DNA from: Octopus vulgaris
Lineage: Eukaryota
Reading direction: 5' to 3'
DNA length: 64,000 bases
NCBI GenBank assembly: GCA_951406725.2
Contig: OX597830.1
Location: 72,168,001-72,232,000 of the forward strand
The notes under the pieces are model-generated. The model did not search any database. It was not told the DNA's origin and saw nothing but the letters and a program-made list of their open reading frames with translations. Both the position numbers and the translations under genes were made by a program. Each line of letters begins with the position of its first letter. The first letter of the stretch is position 1. This document shows positions 27,074 through 39,399 of this stretch, piece by piece.

Positions 27074-27452
27074 ATATAAGTACATTGAGACCTTGCGATT
27101 GGTTATTAGTATTCCCCTATCTAATCGAAATCGTAATTCACGCCCCACCCCAAACACATTACATGGTGAGCGAGCTTGTGTGTAGTTGCAGATAAAGTTA
27201 AATCTCAGAGAATACGAGGACAAAAACTTAGAAAAAGAAAATGAACTGAATAAAGAAAGAATCACAAAAATACTGACCAACAACAGCAATTTAATAATGG
27301 TGTTTTGTAAGATTAACTCCATTAAAGTTATTCAAATTTTGATATCACTCACTTTGTATTGTGAACCAGCTTATATATACAAAATATATATAGGTATAAA
27401 AATACACACACATACACACACACAGACACACATAAACAGATACACGTATGAA

Positions 27453-27503
<51 letters not shown>

Positions 27504-27504
27504 C

Positions 27505-27667
27505 CATTACACGTATTTTTTTCTCTCCTTGTTTTTTCTGTGTCCCTTTCTATGGAAGAGCGTAGACTCGAAACGTAAAATACTTTTTCTATTCCTGAGC
27601 TTTATACTAACACATCTGTTTGTTTTGTACACTACCTGTCTTCATCTTTTTTTTTTTCGTAAACTCT

Positions 27668-27670
<3 letters not shown>
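27505..27670 (+). mobile_element. Hammerhead-motif module, decayed core
   Basis: GAAGAGCGTAGACTCGAAACGTAAAA; homologous to 16840-17003. Confidence 0.6.
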
Positions 27671-27752
<82 letters not shown>

Positions 27753-27821
27753 GATATGAGAATGCACCGATTTATGGTAGATTGCAACAGCAGCGATTAC
27801 TAATGTATATATATATATATA

Positions 27822-28035
27822 ACGGGAAGCTTTATGAAAATAAACAAAAGACGAAGGCAGGTGGAATACAAACAAACAATTGTATTAGTATGCCACCCAG
27901 GAATATAAATAAAACAAGTCTTTTACGTTTCGAGCCTACGCTCTTCAAAAGAATGATACACAGAAAAGAAACATGGAGAGAAACAAGGAGAGAAAAAAAT
28001 GCGTGCAGAAGCTAGAGAATCAACATGGCGATCTG
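27822..28035 (-). mobile_element. Hammerhead-motif module, inverted relative to 27505
   Basis: Minus strand TTGA-A-GAGC-GTAG-GCTC-GAAAC-GTA-AAAG at 27919-27956. Confidence 0.6.
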
Positions 28036-28036
28036 T

Positions 28037-28080
<44 letters not shown>

Positions 28081-28142
28081 ACACAATGTAGGCAGTCATC
28101 AAAAAGTTCTTGTTCGTCGTGAGACTGATAGAGGCTCCTTGT

Positions 28143-28225
28143 CTTTCCTGAAGAGAAGACGGCATAATGCACACTTTATTCCTTCGGAATTAAGAATATG
28201 CAGTCTTCGAAAAATGTGTCGAAAG
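28143..28225 (+). ncRNA. Type I hammerhead ribozyme motif (near intact)
   Basis: Stem I CUUUC/GAAAG; CUGAAGA core 28148-28154; stem II GAAGAC/GUCUUC extended by GCAUA/UAUGC; GAAA 28209-28212; GUC 28218-28220. Confidence 0.75.
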
Positions 28226-28273
28226 TAAAGGAATTTTGTTAAAATCTTCGTTCGACTCCATTCTTTTCATTTA

Positions 28274-28329
<56 letters not shown>

Positions 28330-28552
28330 CCTGTGTATATGTATGTATGTATACACATACACATGTGCTGTGTATGTGTTGTATGAAAATCTGGAATGGA
28401 ATACCATATCTGACGAGATTTATGTCCGTATTTCAACAAGTCTCTAGTGAAGTCTTTAACACCCCTTTCTATTCAAGGATTAATATTAATACTCTAGGTC
28501 TGTTACTGCCTTTCATCGTCTACACGCACAAACCTACATATACATAATATAT

Positions 28553-28754
28553 ACTCTTTTACTCTTTTACTTGTTTCAGTCATTTGACTGCGGCCATGCT
28601 GGAGCACCGCCTTTAGTCGAGCAAATCGACCCCGGGACTTATTCTTTGTAAGCCCAGTACTTATTCTATCGGACTCTTTTGCCGAACCGCTAATTGACGG
28701 GGACGTAAGCATACCAGCATCGGTTGTCAAGCAATGCTATGGGGACAAACACAG

Positions 28755-28797
<43 letters not shown>

Positions 28798-28966
28798 CAT
28801 ATATACGACAGGCTTCTTTCAGTTTCCGTCTACCAAATCCACTCACAAGGCATTGGTCGGCCCGGGGCTATAGCAGAAGACACTTGCCCAAGATGCCACG
28901 CAGTGGGACTGAGCCCGGAACCATGTGGTTGGTTAGCAAGCTACTTACCACACAGCAACTCCTGCG

Positions 28967-28969
<3 letters not shown>
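28553..28969 (-). mobile_element. SINE-A full length
   Basis: Close reverse-complement match to 23535 and 35826. Confidence 0.93.
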
Positions 28970-29017
<48 letters not shown>

Positions 29018-29687
29018 GGGGGGGGCATCTGCATTTATATTTAATTTCATTTTCGTAACTATTCTGTCTGATCTGTTCCTTTTTTTTTTTTTGGTATTCT
29101 CCTTGCTACAGTCTCTTCACTTAGTGCATTGTGTATAGTTGTGTATTGTACTATTATTTAATTTTTATTATATTTTCTTTGTAGCTTTTATACACGAGGT
29201 ATTCAATGTCTGGATATTTTGATAGCCAAGTCAATTGATAAAACGTGTCGCGTGAGCGTGAACCGTTGTCAGCGGAACTGATACGGCTATCGGAGCTGTT
29301 TATGAATTTATATGAGAAGAGATACGAGAAAACAAATACTTAGATAATACATAAACACACCATATATACATCTATATACATATACACATCTATATACATA
29401 TACACACACACACACATATATATATATATAAATTATATGTGTATATGAGCGTATATATATATATATATATGTACACATGTTTGTGAATCGAGAGGGTGGA
29501 GTCGTTGAGCGACATGCGGACCTGCCCTTACGTCCCCACCCCTAAACAGACCCTCACAAACCATTCTTATTCATATATTCTGCAGGTGATGCTATTCTCA
29601 AGATATTCAGAATCTTAGCGAAACGTCTTTAGCGCTCAACATCAGCGTAAGATAAACAGAAGCTACGACACAGCCCTGAAGATATAC

Positions 29688-29780
<93 letters not shown>

Positions 29781-29837
29781 TATATATATATGAATATGCA
29801 TATTATATACATATGCATATTATATACACATACATAC

Positions 29838-29886
<49 letters not shown>

Positions 29887-30189
29887 CATATATACACATA
29901 CATATATTAATACACACATATATATATATATATGTAGGTGTGTGTGGGGGGGGTTTGTGCATTCATTGAAAGGCTTCAGTTTATTATTTATTTGTTTTGT
30001 CGATAATATCATTTCTCTTTATTATTTTTTTTTCTTTTCTATGTATCCTTTTCTTCTTTGCGGGTAGAAGTGATGATATATTAATCTGAAAATTCTGCTG
30101 TATTCTTTGTTGCTTCCAAATGTGACTTCAATGCATTATTCCAGCAAAATTTTCAAGGTTATTGGAACTAGTGTAATGTTGGTTTGATA

Positions 30190-30810
30190 TTTTGGCACAA
30201 AACCAGAAAATCAGGTTGTGAGCCTATTTCATCAATGCCAGTGCTCAAATGGTACTTATTTTACCGATCCCAAAAGGACGAAAGGCAAAACCGATCCCGA
30301 CGTTGTTTAAACTCAGAATGTAAGGACTGCCAAAATGAGGCCAAGCATTAATTCCGAAGTGCTAACGATTCTGCAAGACCATTGCATTACGTTAATGTAA
30401 TATCAATTTCAAATTAAGGCGGCGAGCTGGCAGAATCTTTAGCACTCTTGGCGAAATGCTGAGCAGTATTTCGTGTGTCTTTATGTTCTGAGTTCAAAGG
30501 TCAACTTTACCTTTCATCCTTTCGGGGTCCATAAATTAAGTCCCAGTTACGCACTGGGGTCGATGTAATCGACTTAATCCGTGGGTCTGTCCTCTCTTTG
30601 TTTAGCCCCTTGTGGGTAGTAAAGAAATAGCTATTTCGTATGCCGCTACGTTCTAAGTTCAAATTCCGCCGAAGTCGACTTTGCCATTCATCCTTTCGGG
30701 GTCGATAAATAAAGTACCAGTTACGCACTGGGGGTCGATCTAATCGACTTAATCCCTTTGTCTGCCCTTATTTGTCCCCTCTATATCAGCCCCTAGTCGG
30801 TAGTAAAGAA

Positions 30811-30812
<2 letters not shown>
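30190..30812. mobile_element. Head-to-head SINE-C: decayed minus copy (30190-30385) and plus copy with duplicated body (30416-30812)
   Basis: Body from TATTTCGT to GGTAGTAAAGAAATA occurs twice in tandem. Confidence 0.8.
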
Positions 30813-30869
<57 letters not shown>

Positions 30870-30896
30870 TATATATATATATATATATATAAACAT

Positions 30897-31732
30897 GAGT
30901 GGGTACACAAAAGTAACCGGACACATTCGCTGTGGGACTAGCCTGCTGTAGTTCAGGCTGCTACTGCTAGAAGTCACTTAATGCAATCTTCAGGCATCAG
31001 TCTGCCGATGGGCGTTTATCGTCCACAGTCGTACTGTCACATGGTGCGACTTTGTTTTACAATGCTTCTAGTGTGTTCGTCGATTTTTGCGATGGCTGAA
31101 ACGAAGGAACAGCATGCTTCCGTGAAATTTTGTTTTTTGCTGGGGAAAACGGAGGTCGAAACAGTTATGAGCAAAACTTGTTGCTTGAAGACCAACTTGT
31201 TATTTATCAGTTGTTGCTTGAACATTCAGGGTAACCGTCGACCTCCAGGACGAATAAAATCATCATGAAAATTCATAAAATGATCTTGGAGGGCTATCAC
31301 CGGACAGTTGCCGAACTTGTGGATATGACAGCGGTATCCCGGAGCTCCTGCCAAGGAGCGAGCAATTACGAATGAAAAGAGTGGCAGCAAAATTTGTGCC
31401 TCGCTCGCTCACGACTGAATGCGTGTCGAGAACTGATACATCAGTTAGAAGTTGATCCGGATCTTTTTTTTTTTTTTGAACATCATCGCTGATGAAGACA
31501 GCTGGTGCGATGGAATTCGCAAATGTAGAAGAGATGAAGATAAATACGACGGAGGCGTTGCAAGGCATAGCTTCGCTAGATTTTCAGCACTGCTTCGAAC
31601 AGTGGAAAATGCGTTATGACCGACGCATTGCTTTAAATGGAGAATACTTTGATGGCATTAAAAGTGTAAACATGTGAAAGTTAGTGGATAAAATAATATT
31701 GCAAAATTCTGGTTTCTTTTGGATACGCCCTC
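30897..31732 (+). mobile_element. Internally deleted mariner transposon
   Basis: Imperfect TIRs 30897-30922 and 31707-31732 (19/26 by eye); N-terminus KEQHASVKFCFLLGKT; MKRVAAKFVPRSLT; C-terminus FQHCFEQWKMRYDRRIALNGEYFDG. Confidence 0.85.
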
Positions 31733-32017
31733 CCTCTCGTACATATGTATAAACAAGCAATACGAAACTATATTTGAAACGTTTCACGTCATTCTGTTTC
31801 TCAGAAAGTTTTTAGAATTGTCGCTATTTATTGAGAAAAGTTCCAATATATGTGTGTGTGTGTGTGTATGTGCATGTGTGTGCGTATGTGTGTGTATATG
31901 AGTCTGTGTGTTTGTATGTTTATATATATATATATGTATCTATATGTATCTGTATGTATATAATATATGTAGCTATATCTATGTATATATATTACTTTCT
32001 CTCTTTCTCTCTCTCTC

Positions 32018-32075
<58 letters not shown>

Positions 32076-32621
32076 TAGGCTTATTTATGTGTATATATGC
32101 ACATATTCGCATATAGGTACATATATGTATGTACATCTAGACACACACACTCACGCACACACCCATACAAACCCATTGATTCAGACGTGTATTCGATGCA
32201 ACTTGCACATTGTTTGAATAATTATCGTCTTATCGTCTCCAAATATAATGTTTCTTTGAAACCTGCTCTCAACCGATCAACACGTGTACCCTTTGGGATA
32301 ACTAGAAACGATTGTATGAAATCTCCAGAGAGCAAGTCTGTTACTCCGCCCATAATATTCCTGTTACTTCTCGTATTCTCTGATGTTTAATCGAGAACTT
32401 CAGATTGCATATCTGTGTTACATTGTGCATTTATCTTATTCATGTAACATGGTCTGGCTTCGAACCTTTGCCTGTTCTAATTCTTCACCAGCTTTAGTCA
32501 AATAATTGTGAAAGTTCACACGTGCGTTGGTAGATTCTCTTATATGAAATCAAACTTCTAGAAATTCTGTATCAAGGCACTGTACTAGAGCACTAATCTT
32601 GAGAACGAACTTTTAATATAA

Positions 32622-33019
32622 CTAGCAGTATAGCCCGGCGTTGCTCGGGTTTGTTTTCTTTTTGACCCATTAGGATTGAAATTTTTGAAAAGTAAAAATT
32701 TTTCATTATGTAGCTTGTTATTCTCTTTAAGTGAACAACTTCCTGGTTGAAATACACAAACAAATGGCGAAACAGCTGTCAAAAAAGTAGGGATTTTCAT
32801 ACTAAAAAAAGCACCTTTTTTATGTAAATAATTTTTGGTCTTAACATGGTTCAATTTAAATTTTTTCTTCTACGGAATGAAGAACAATCCTTCTTCCATC
32901 ATACTTCCAATTTTGGTCAACTTGCGCCGCAGGATCTCGGAGGAGATAGTGTTAGTTAAAGGCTACCAAACCTGCCACACGCACACACACAGACAACTTC
33001 AGCTTTATATATATATAGA
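32622..33019 (-). mobile_element. Non-autonomous Helitron
   Basis: Minus strand A|TC...hairpin CCCGAGCAACGCCGGG...CTAG|T. Confidence 0.8.
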
Positions 33020-33389
33020 TTAGATATTTTAGACGGCTTATCTGTTCTTTTCAATTTTTCCTTCAGTCATGCTGAAACACAGCTTAGGAAAGCTCAGTTG
33101 AATAAGTTGATCCCAATACACATTTTTATGTAAGTCAAGTCAAGCATTTATCTTAGCGTTCTTTTTTGTCGAACCGTTTCCTTACGAGGGAAGTAATCAA
33201 ACCAACACCAGTTATCAAGCGCTGACGCTGGACAACCAAACAAACTTATACGTGCATGTGTGTATGTGTGTGTATGTGTGTGTGTGTAGATATATGTATC
33301 TCAGTATTTGTGTATGTATGTTTGAATGTGTGAGTGTGTATTTGACCAATACCGGTTGTCAAGCGTTGTTGGCGGGTAACCACACATAC

Positions 33390-33431
<42 letters not shown>

Positions 33432-33434
<3 letters not shown>

Positions 33435-33567
33435 CGTAGGAGTGGCTGTGTGGTAAGTAGCTTGCTTACGAATCACATGGTTCCGGGTTCAGCCCCACTG
33501 CATGGCACCTTGGGCAACCAAAGCCTTGTGAGTGGATTTGGTAGACGGAAACTGAAAGAAACCCGTC

Positions 33568-33570
<3 letters not shown>
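33432..33570 (+). mobile_element. SINE-A 5' half with small internal deletion
   Basis: Head match; TTGGGCAA joined directly to CCAAAGCC. Confidence 0.85.
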
Positions 33571-33617
<47 letters not shown>

Positions 33618-34379
33618 CTAGCATTAAAGACCCGTCGTTGCCGGGTCATAATGTTAGTGCATGTATATATATGTGTGTATATTACATGGACATCTATATA
33701 TATATACAGAGTGGTAGTATACCGTCAACGTAACTTTGACTCGAACATTGCTTCTATTATGCCGAATTTACTGTCTCTGATTAAATATCTTTCATAGTCC
33801 CACCAAGACACTTTTCGAAGGTGCTTTTCTCGATGTGTTCAAATCTTCTTTTTTCTCTACATTGTACTTTATAGACAATAGTCTTTTCTTTAATTTAGTT
33901 TTTTTATTATCCATCTGGACTATTCCATTTCTGCACGATAATTTTATTTTTAGTTTAATCCCATTCATGTAAAACCACATCAAGTCATTGATGCAATTTT
34001 ATACCAATTGCTATTTTTACTTTTTTTTATGTTACGATTATATTATACTTTAGTTTGATTTTAAATATTACTTACTACATATAATTCAATTGTTATTATT
34101 ATTTTTATTGTTAAAGTGAAAGTATCTGACATAAAAGAGAGAAATGTTTTTGTTTCACTTTTAACACGTAATTCTGAAATAGTGGAGAAGATATGATATT
34201 GCTATGGGGTCCCTCTAGGCAAGAAGTTGAACATTTTCTTTGCCCATGAAACTACATGGATACTAAGTAAGGCATGTGTAAAATTTGAATGAAATTGGTT
34301 GTGTAGTTCTCAAGTTTCAGGGAAACACACAGACAGACAGACAGACAGACACACATTCCCAGTTTTATATATATAAAGA
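33618..34379 (-). mobile_element. Non-autonomous Helitron
   Basis: Minus strand A|TC start, (CTGT)n near the 5' end, terminal hairpin GACCCG/CGGGTC, CTAG|T. Confidence 0.75.
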
Positions 34380-34467
34380 TATATATATATATATATATAT
34401 ACCGGAGTAAACACATAAATGTGAAACATGGTGGAAAAAAGAGTACTCAAATACCAGTGGTAGAGTA

Positions 34468-34589
34468 ATATGCTTTATTTAAAGCAGCAGAAAATTCAAC
34501 AAAACCTGTTACTCTGAGTTTCCCGTTGCAACGGGAAACTCAGAGTAACAGGTTTTGCTGTATTTTCTGCTGCTTTAAATAAAGTATAT
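34468..34589. repeat. Spacerless palindrome, 61-bp arms
   Basis: Centre 34528/34529; 29 perfect central pairs, 3 mismatches overall. Confidence 0.95.
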
Positions 34590-34602
34590 ATATATATATA
34601 TA

Positions 34603-34708
34603 ATAAGTATTTGGCTTACAAGGAATAAGTCCTGGGGGTCGATTCGCTCGACTAAAGGCAGTGCTCCAGCATGGCCACAGTCAAATGACTGAAACAAGTA
34701 AAAGAGTA
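34603..34708 (+). mobile_element. SINE-A 3' end
   Basis: GGCTTACAAGGAATAAGTCC...GAAACAAGTAAAAGAGTA. Confidence 0.85.
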
Positions 34709-35257
34709 TATATATATATGTGTGTGTGTGCACGTATTTGCAAGCAAGCGCGTGTGTGCGTGTGTTTATGTGCGTGTGTGCATGTGTGTGTGTGTTTATG
34801 TGTGTGTGTTTGCATGTGTGTGAACCTACGTAGCGGACATGAAGCCATGGAAAATTTGACAATTTTTCAGTTGATTGTAAAAGCAGCGAACAGCCTAAAT
34901 CGATTTTCAAACTTTAGTAGGTTCTCATCAGAATTATCTACATCACTTAAGCAACGCCAGTTAAATATCGCAGCCTATCTGTATTTTATACACAACAGAT
35001 CCATTAAACTCAGACACTGGACCGACTAACTGGCATTTTTGGATCAGCCCGAGACTATAACAGGTGACTATTATCCAAGGTATCGTGGAGAAATACTGCA
35101 CAGGTACGCTTACACCAGAAACATAAAAAAAATCAGTCCCTTTCAAGATAGGTGTCAACAAATGTTCTATTCTTCAATTAGATTCTTTTGTCGTCTTTTT
35201 ATAATTTAGAACCGAGAAAATTTCTTTCGTTCACCGAAAAACCTCCTGAATGACAAT

Positions 35258-35564
35258 GTTGTTGTTTGTTCCTTCTCGAGCCACGCCTGGCTCATAAGGG
35301 CCGGTTTCCCGGTTTCCTTGGCGTATAGGTTCCCCACCTGGACGGGACGCCGGTCCGTCGCAGGTGAGCTGCAAGATGCAAGAGGAAAGAGCGAGGGAAA
35401 GCTGTGGCGAAAGAGTCAGCAGAAGTTCGCCATTACCTTCTGCTGGAGCCGCGTGGAACTTAGGTGTTTCGCTCATAAATACACACATCGCCCGGTCTTA
35501 CATTCGAACCCGCGATCCCTCGACTGCGAGTCCGCTACTCTAACGACTAGGCCATGTGCCTCTG
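35258..35564 (-). mobile_element. SINE-B full length, ~10-bp TSD
   Basis: GAATGACAAT (35248) / GAATGATAAT (35565); tail shared with 39088 and 45863 copies. Confidence 0.88.
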
Positions 35565-35825
35565 GAATGATAATATAGTGTTGCAGTTCGCAGCGGAGCT
35601 TGCAGTCTTAACTTTTCAAGATCCTTGTCAGTCATCATTTGAGGATTATTTTCTTCAAAAAGATTACAATTCTGTTGTATCTGTCAGAAGTGTGGGTTCT
35701 TTTACTGTCAGTTGTTTTGGTATCTGCTCTCCTACTGATTGTGCCAAAGTCGTTGTGGATTACTCGAAATTTGGTGCAAATTGAAAATTATCCAGTGAAA
35801 TGAAAATCTTTGTCCCCTGATAAAT

Positions 35826-35997
35826 AGGCGCAGGAGTGGCTGCGTGGTAAGTAGCTTGCTAACCAACCACATGGTTCCGTGTTAAGTCCCACTGCGTGGG
35901 ATCTTGGGCAAGTGTCTTCTGCTATAGCCCCGGGCCGACCAATGCCTTGTGAGTGGATTTGGTAGACGGAAACTGAAAGAAGCCTGTCGTATATATG

Positions 35998-36034
<37 letters not shown>

Positions 36035-36241
36035 ATGTGTTTGTCCCCCTAGCATTGCTTGACAACCGATGCTGGTGTGTTTACGTCCCCATCACTTAGC
36101 GGTTCGGGAAAAGAGACCGATAGAATAAGTACTGGGCTTACAAAGAATAAGTCCCGGGGTCGATTTGCTCGACTAAAGGCGGTGCCCCAGCATGGCCGCA
36201 GTCAAATGACTGAAACAAGTAAGAGAGTAAAGGGTAAGAGA
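35826..36241 (+). mobile_element. SINE-A full length
   Basis: Family match across both halves. Confidence 0.93.
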
Positions 36242-36663
36242 GAATGTTCTAATATTCCGGTTAGAGACAGAACTGTTTAGGTCGTGAATGTTTCCATCTG
36301 CGACCGACGAACCAATCTTGGTAACAGTTTCACCATCATTGCAAGAGGCTCTCGTGACCTGGATTTAACCAACGAAATAGTGAAATGTCTGCCATTTTAT
36401 TTGAATATCTATATGCTTCTTTGTCACATCTAGGTAACTGTCGTCGGACAAAGATGAGGTAAAAGCGATAATCTGTGTAGTGGAGTAAGACAGGATCGAA
36501 AAAAATTGATTATGCGTTTTCTTTTAGTCATATTTTCTCTCCTGTTAGACGTACGCACACATACAAATACATACAAAAAACACACATACACAGATAGAAA
36601 GCGAGAGAGAGAGAGAGAGAGAGAGAGAAGAAGGAGAAGAGGAAAACAGAGAGAGGATCGATA

Positions 36664-36765
<102 letters not shown>

Positions 36766-36996
36766 CATATATGCAAATAATGAGTATATATGTATAAACC
36801 TGTATGTGCGTTTGCGTGTATATATATGAATGTATACACTGACTCACATATATACACATGTATAATATATAAATATACATGTATGCATATATACATTACG
36901 CTATTTTCAAACTAATTCGAAATCAAACTCACACACACGACACACATACTCACACATGTATATTCATGCATAGATGCACGTATATACATGTGTGTG

Positions 36997-37040
<44 letters not shown>

Positions 37041-37046
37041 CATGTC

Positions 37047-37077
<31 letters not shown>

Positions 37078-37096
37078 GTGTATGTGTGTATGTAGG

Positions 37097-37150
<54 letters not shown>

Positions 37151-37339
37151 GCATATATGTATGTATATACAGATATGCGTACCCACGCACATATGGGTAG
37201 TTAGATAGATATATGCATAGATATATTGTATACACATGGAAACATACATGCAAAGAAAGATACTTGCAGAAGAATAATATTCACGCAGACATTTATAACT
37301 ATTTAGAAAGAGAGAGAGGGAGAGAGAGAGAAAGATAGG

Positions 37340-37399
<60 letters not shown>

Positions 37400-37629
37400 G
37401 AATCAATGATGTGTGAGAGTATAAGAAGCGAGATAATGGGAGATGAAATAAGAGACAAGAAGCAGCGTGGAAGAATTAGATGGAGTCTGCTGGGATACCA
37501 TATTGGCAAGAAAGAATGGAGGACTTTGTCGGCGAAGAATTGGTAAAGTCATCTGGTCGGAGAATAAACTTTAGCTTGACAACACCGATGTGACATCCTA
37601 AACGTCGTGGTGGCCTTTCTTCGTTTCAG

Positions 37630-39085
37630 TAATGGTTGTAGTGGTAGTGATGGTGGTGGTGGTGGTGGTGGTGGTGGTGGTAGTGGTGATGGTGGTTGGA
37701 GTATGAGCAGCTGTGGTAGTAGTGGTGGTGTGATCAGTAGTAGTATTGGTGGTAGTTGCAGCTTGTGTAGTGGTGTGGGTGGTCATGGTTGTTGTGGTAG
37801 TTGTGATAGTGTTGAGGGATACCAATATGTTGTAGCGTTGGCGTTGGTGTTGATGGTATTGGTGTCGGTGTTGGTAGTAATTCTGGTGGTGGTGGTGGTG
37901 GTGGTGGTGGTGGTGGTGGTAGTGGTGATGGTGAGGTCTCGGTATAGAGGCCGAGGGCATTGAATATTCATTACTATTGTTGACGACGGCGGTGGTGATG
38001 TATGTGGTGGTCGTGCTGGTATGGTGGTTAGATTGATGATGTCGGTGGTAGTGGTGGCGATGTTGATGGTCGTGGTAATAAGGCTGGGAGTATCGTAAGA
38101 GGTGCTGCTGGAAGTGGTGATGATTGTGGTGATGGTTATGATAGAGGTATGATGGTGATAGTTGCCATGATAATGGTAGTGGTGGTGGAGATGTTAGAGT
38201 TGGTGGGGATGTTTCTGCTGATGGAGATAATAATCGTGGTGTTCTTCATAATGATGGTGGTGATGATAGTGATGGCTGTGGTGCAGATGGCGATAACAGT
38301 CATGGTAGTGAGGCTGATGGTAGTGCTAGGTTTTCATGGTGGCGGTGATGGTAGTGCTAGGTTTTCATGGTGGCGGTGATGGTAGAGGTGGCGGTGATCG
38401 TAGTGGTGCTCGTGATAGTAGTGGTGGTGATAATAGTAGCGATGGTGATGATAGTGGTGGCTGTGATAGCAGTGGTGGTGATGGAAGGAGTGGTTATAAT
38501 GAAAGTGTTGTTGGTAACGTTAAAGATAGCGGTGGTAGTAGTGGTGGTTTTGATGGTAGCGGTCGTGGCGATGGTAGTGGTAGCGGTGATCGTGGTGTTG
38601 GCGGTGGCGGTGATGGTAGTGGTGGTGGTGATAGTATTGGTGGTGATAATAGTAGTGATGGTGATGGTAGTGGTGGCTGTGATGGTAGTGGTAGTGGTAG
38701 TGATGACAGTGTTGTTGGTAACGTTAGAGACAGCGGTGGTAGTAGTGGTGGTTTTGATAGTAGCGATGGTGGCGATGGTAGTGGTAGTGGTGAGAGTAGT
38801 GGTGGAGGTGGCGGTGATCGTAGTGTTGGCGGTGGCGGTGATGGTAGTGGTGGTTTTGATGGTAGTGGTGGTGGTGGCGGTGATGGCAGTTTTGGCGGTG
38901 GTGGTGATAGTAGCGGTGGTGATAATAGTAGTGATGGTGATGGTAGTGGTAGTGTTGGTGATGGAAGTAATGCTAGTGATGAAAGTGTTGTTGGTGATGT
39001 TAGAGATAGCGATGGCAGTAGTGGTGGTTTTGATGGTAGCGGTGGTGGCGATGGTAGTGGCGGTGGTGGCGGTGATCATAGTAGT
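37630..39085. repeat. Degenerate (GGT/GAT)n region with higher-order repeats
   Basis: Marker GA(A/C)AGTGTTGTTGGT at 38501, 38705, 38981; 31-bp tandem duplication at 38315-38376. Confidence 0.9.
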
Positions 39086-39087
39086 TG

Positions 39088-39385
39088 TAAAGTAAAGGTA
39101 AAGTTAACTTCTTGAGCCATGCCTGGCTCATAAGGTCCGGTTTCCCGGTTCCATTGACGTATAGGTTCCCCACTTGGACAGGACGCCGGCCCGTCTCAGG
39201 CGAGGAAGAGAGAGTGAGAGAAAGTTGTGGCGAAAGAGTCAGTATAAGTTCGCCATTACCTTCTCCCAGAGCCGCGTCGAGCTTAGGTGATTCGCTCATA
39301 AACACACAAGCATCGCCTGGTCTGAGATTCGAACCCGCGATCTCTCGACCGTGAGTCTAATGCTCTAACCACTAAGCCATATGTA
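39088..39385 (-). mobile_element. SINE-B
   Basis: Matches 35258-35564. Confidence 0.85.
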
Positions 39386-39399
39386 TCATGATCCGTTGC

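Noticed and set aside
29586-29647. Possible exon between TTCTGCAG and GTAAGA
   Set aside because: Stops in all three frames.
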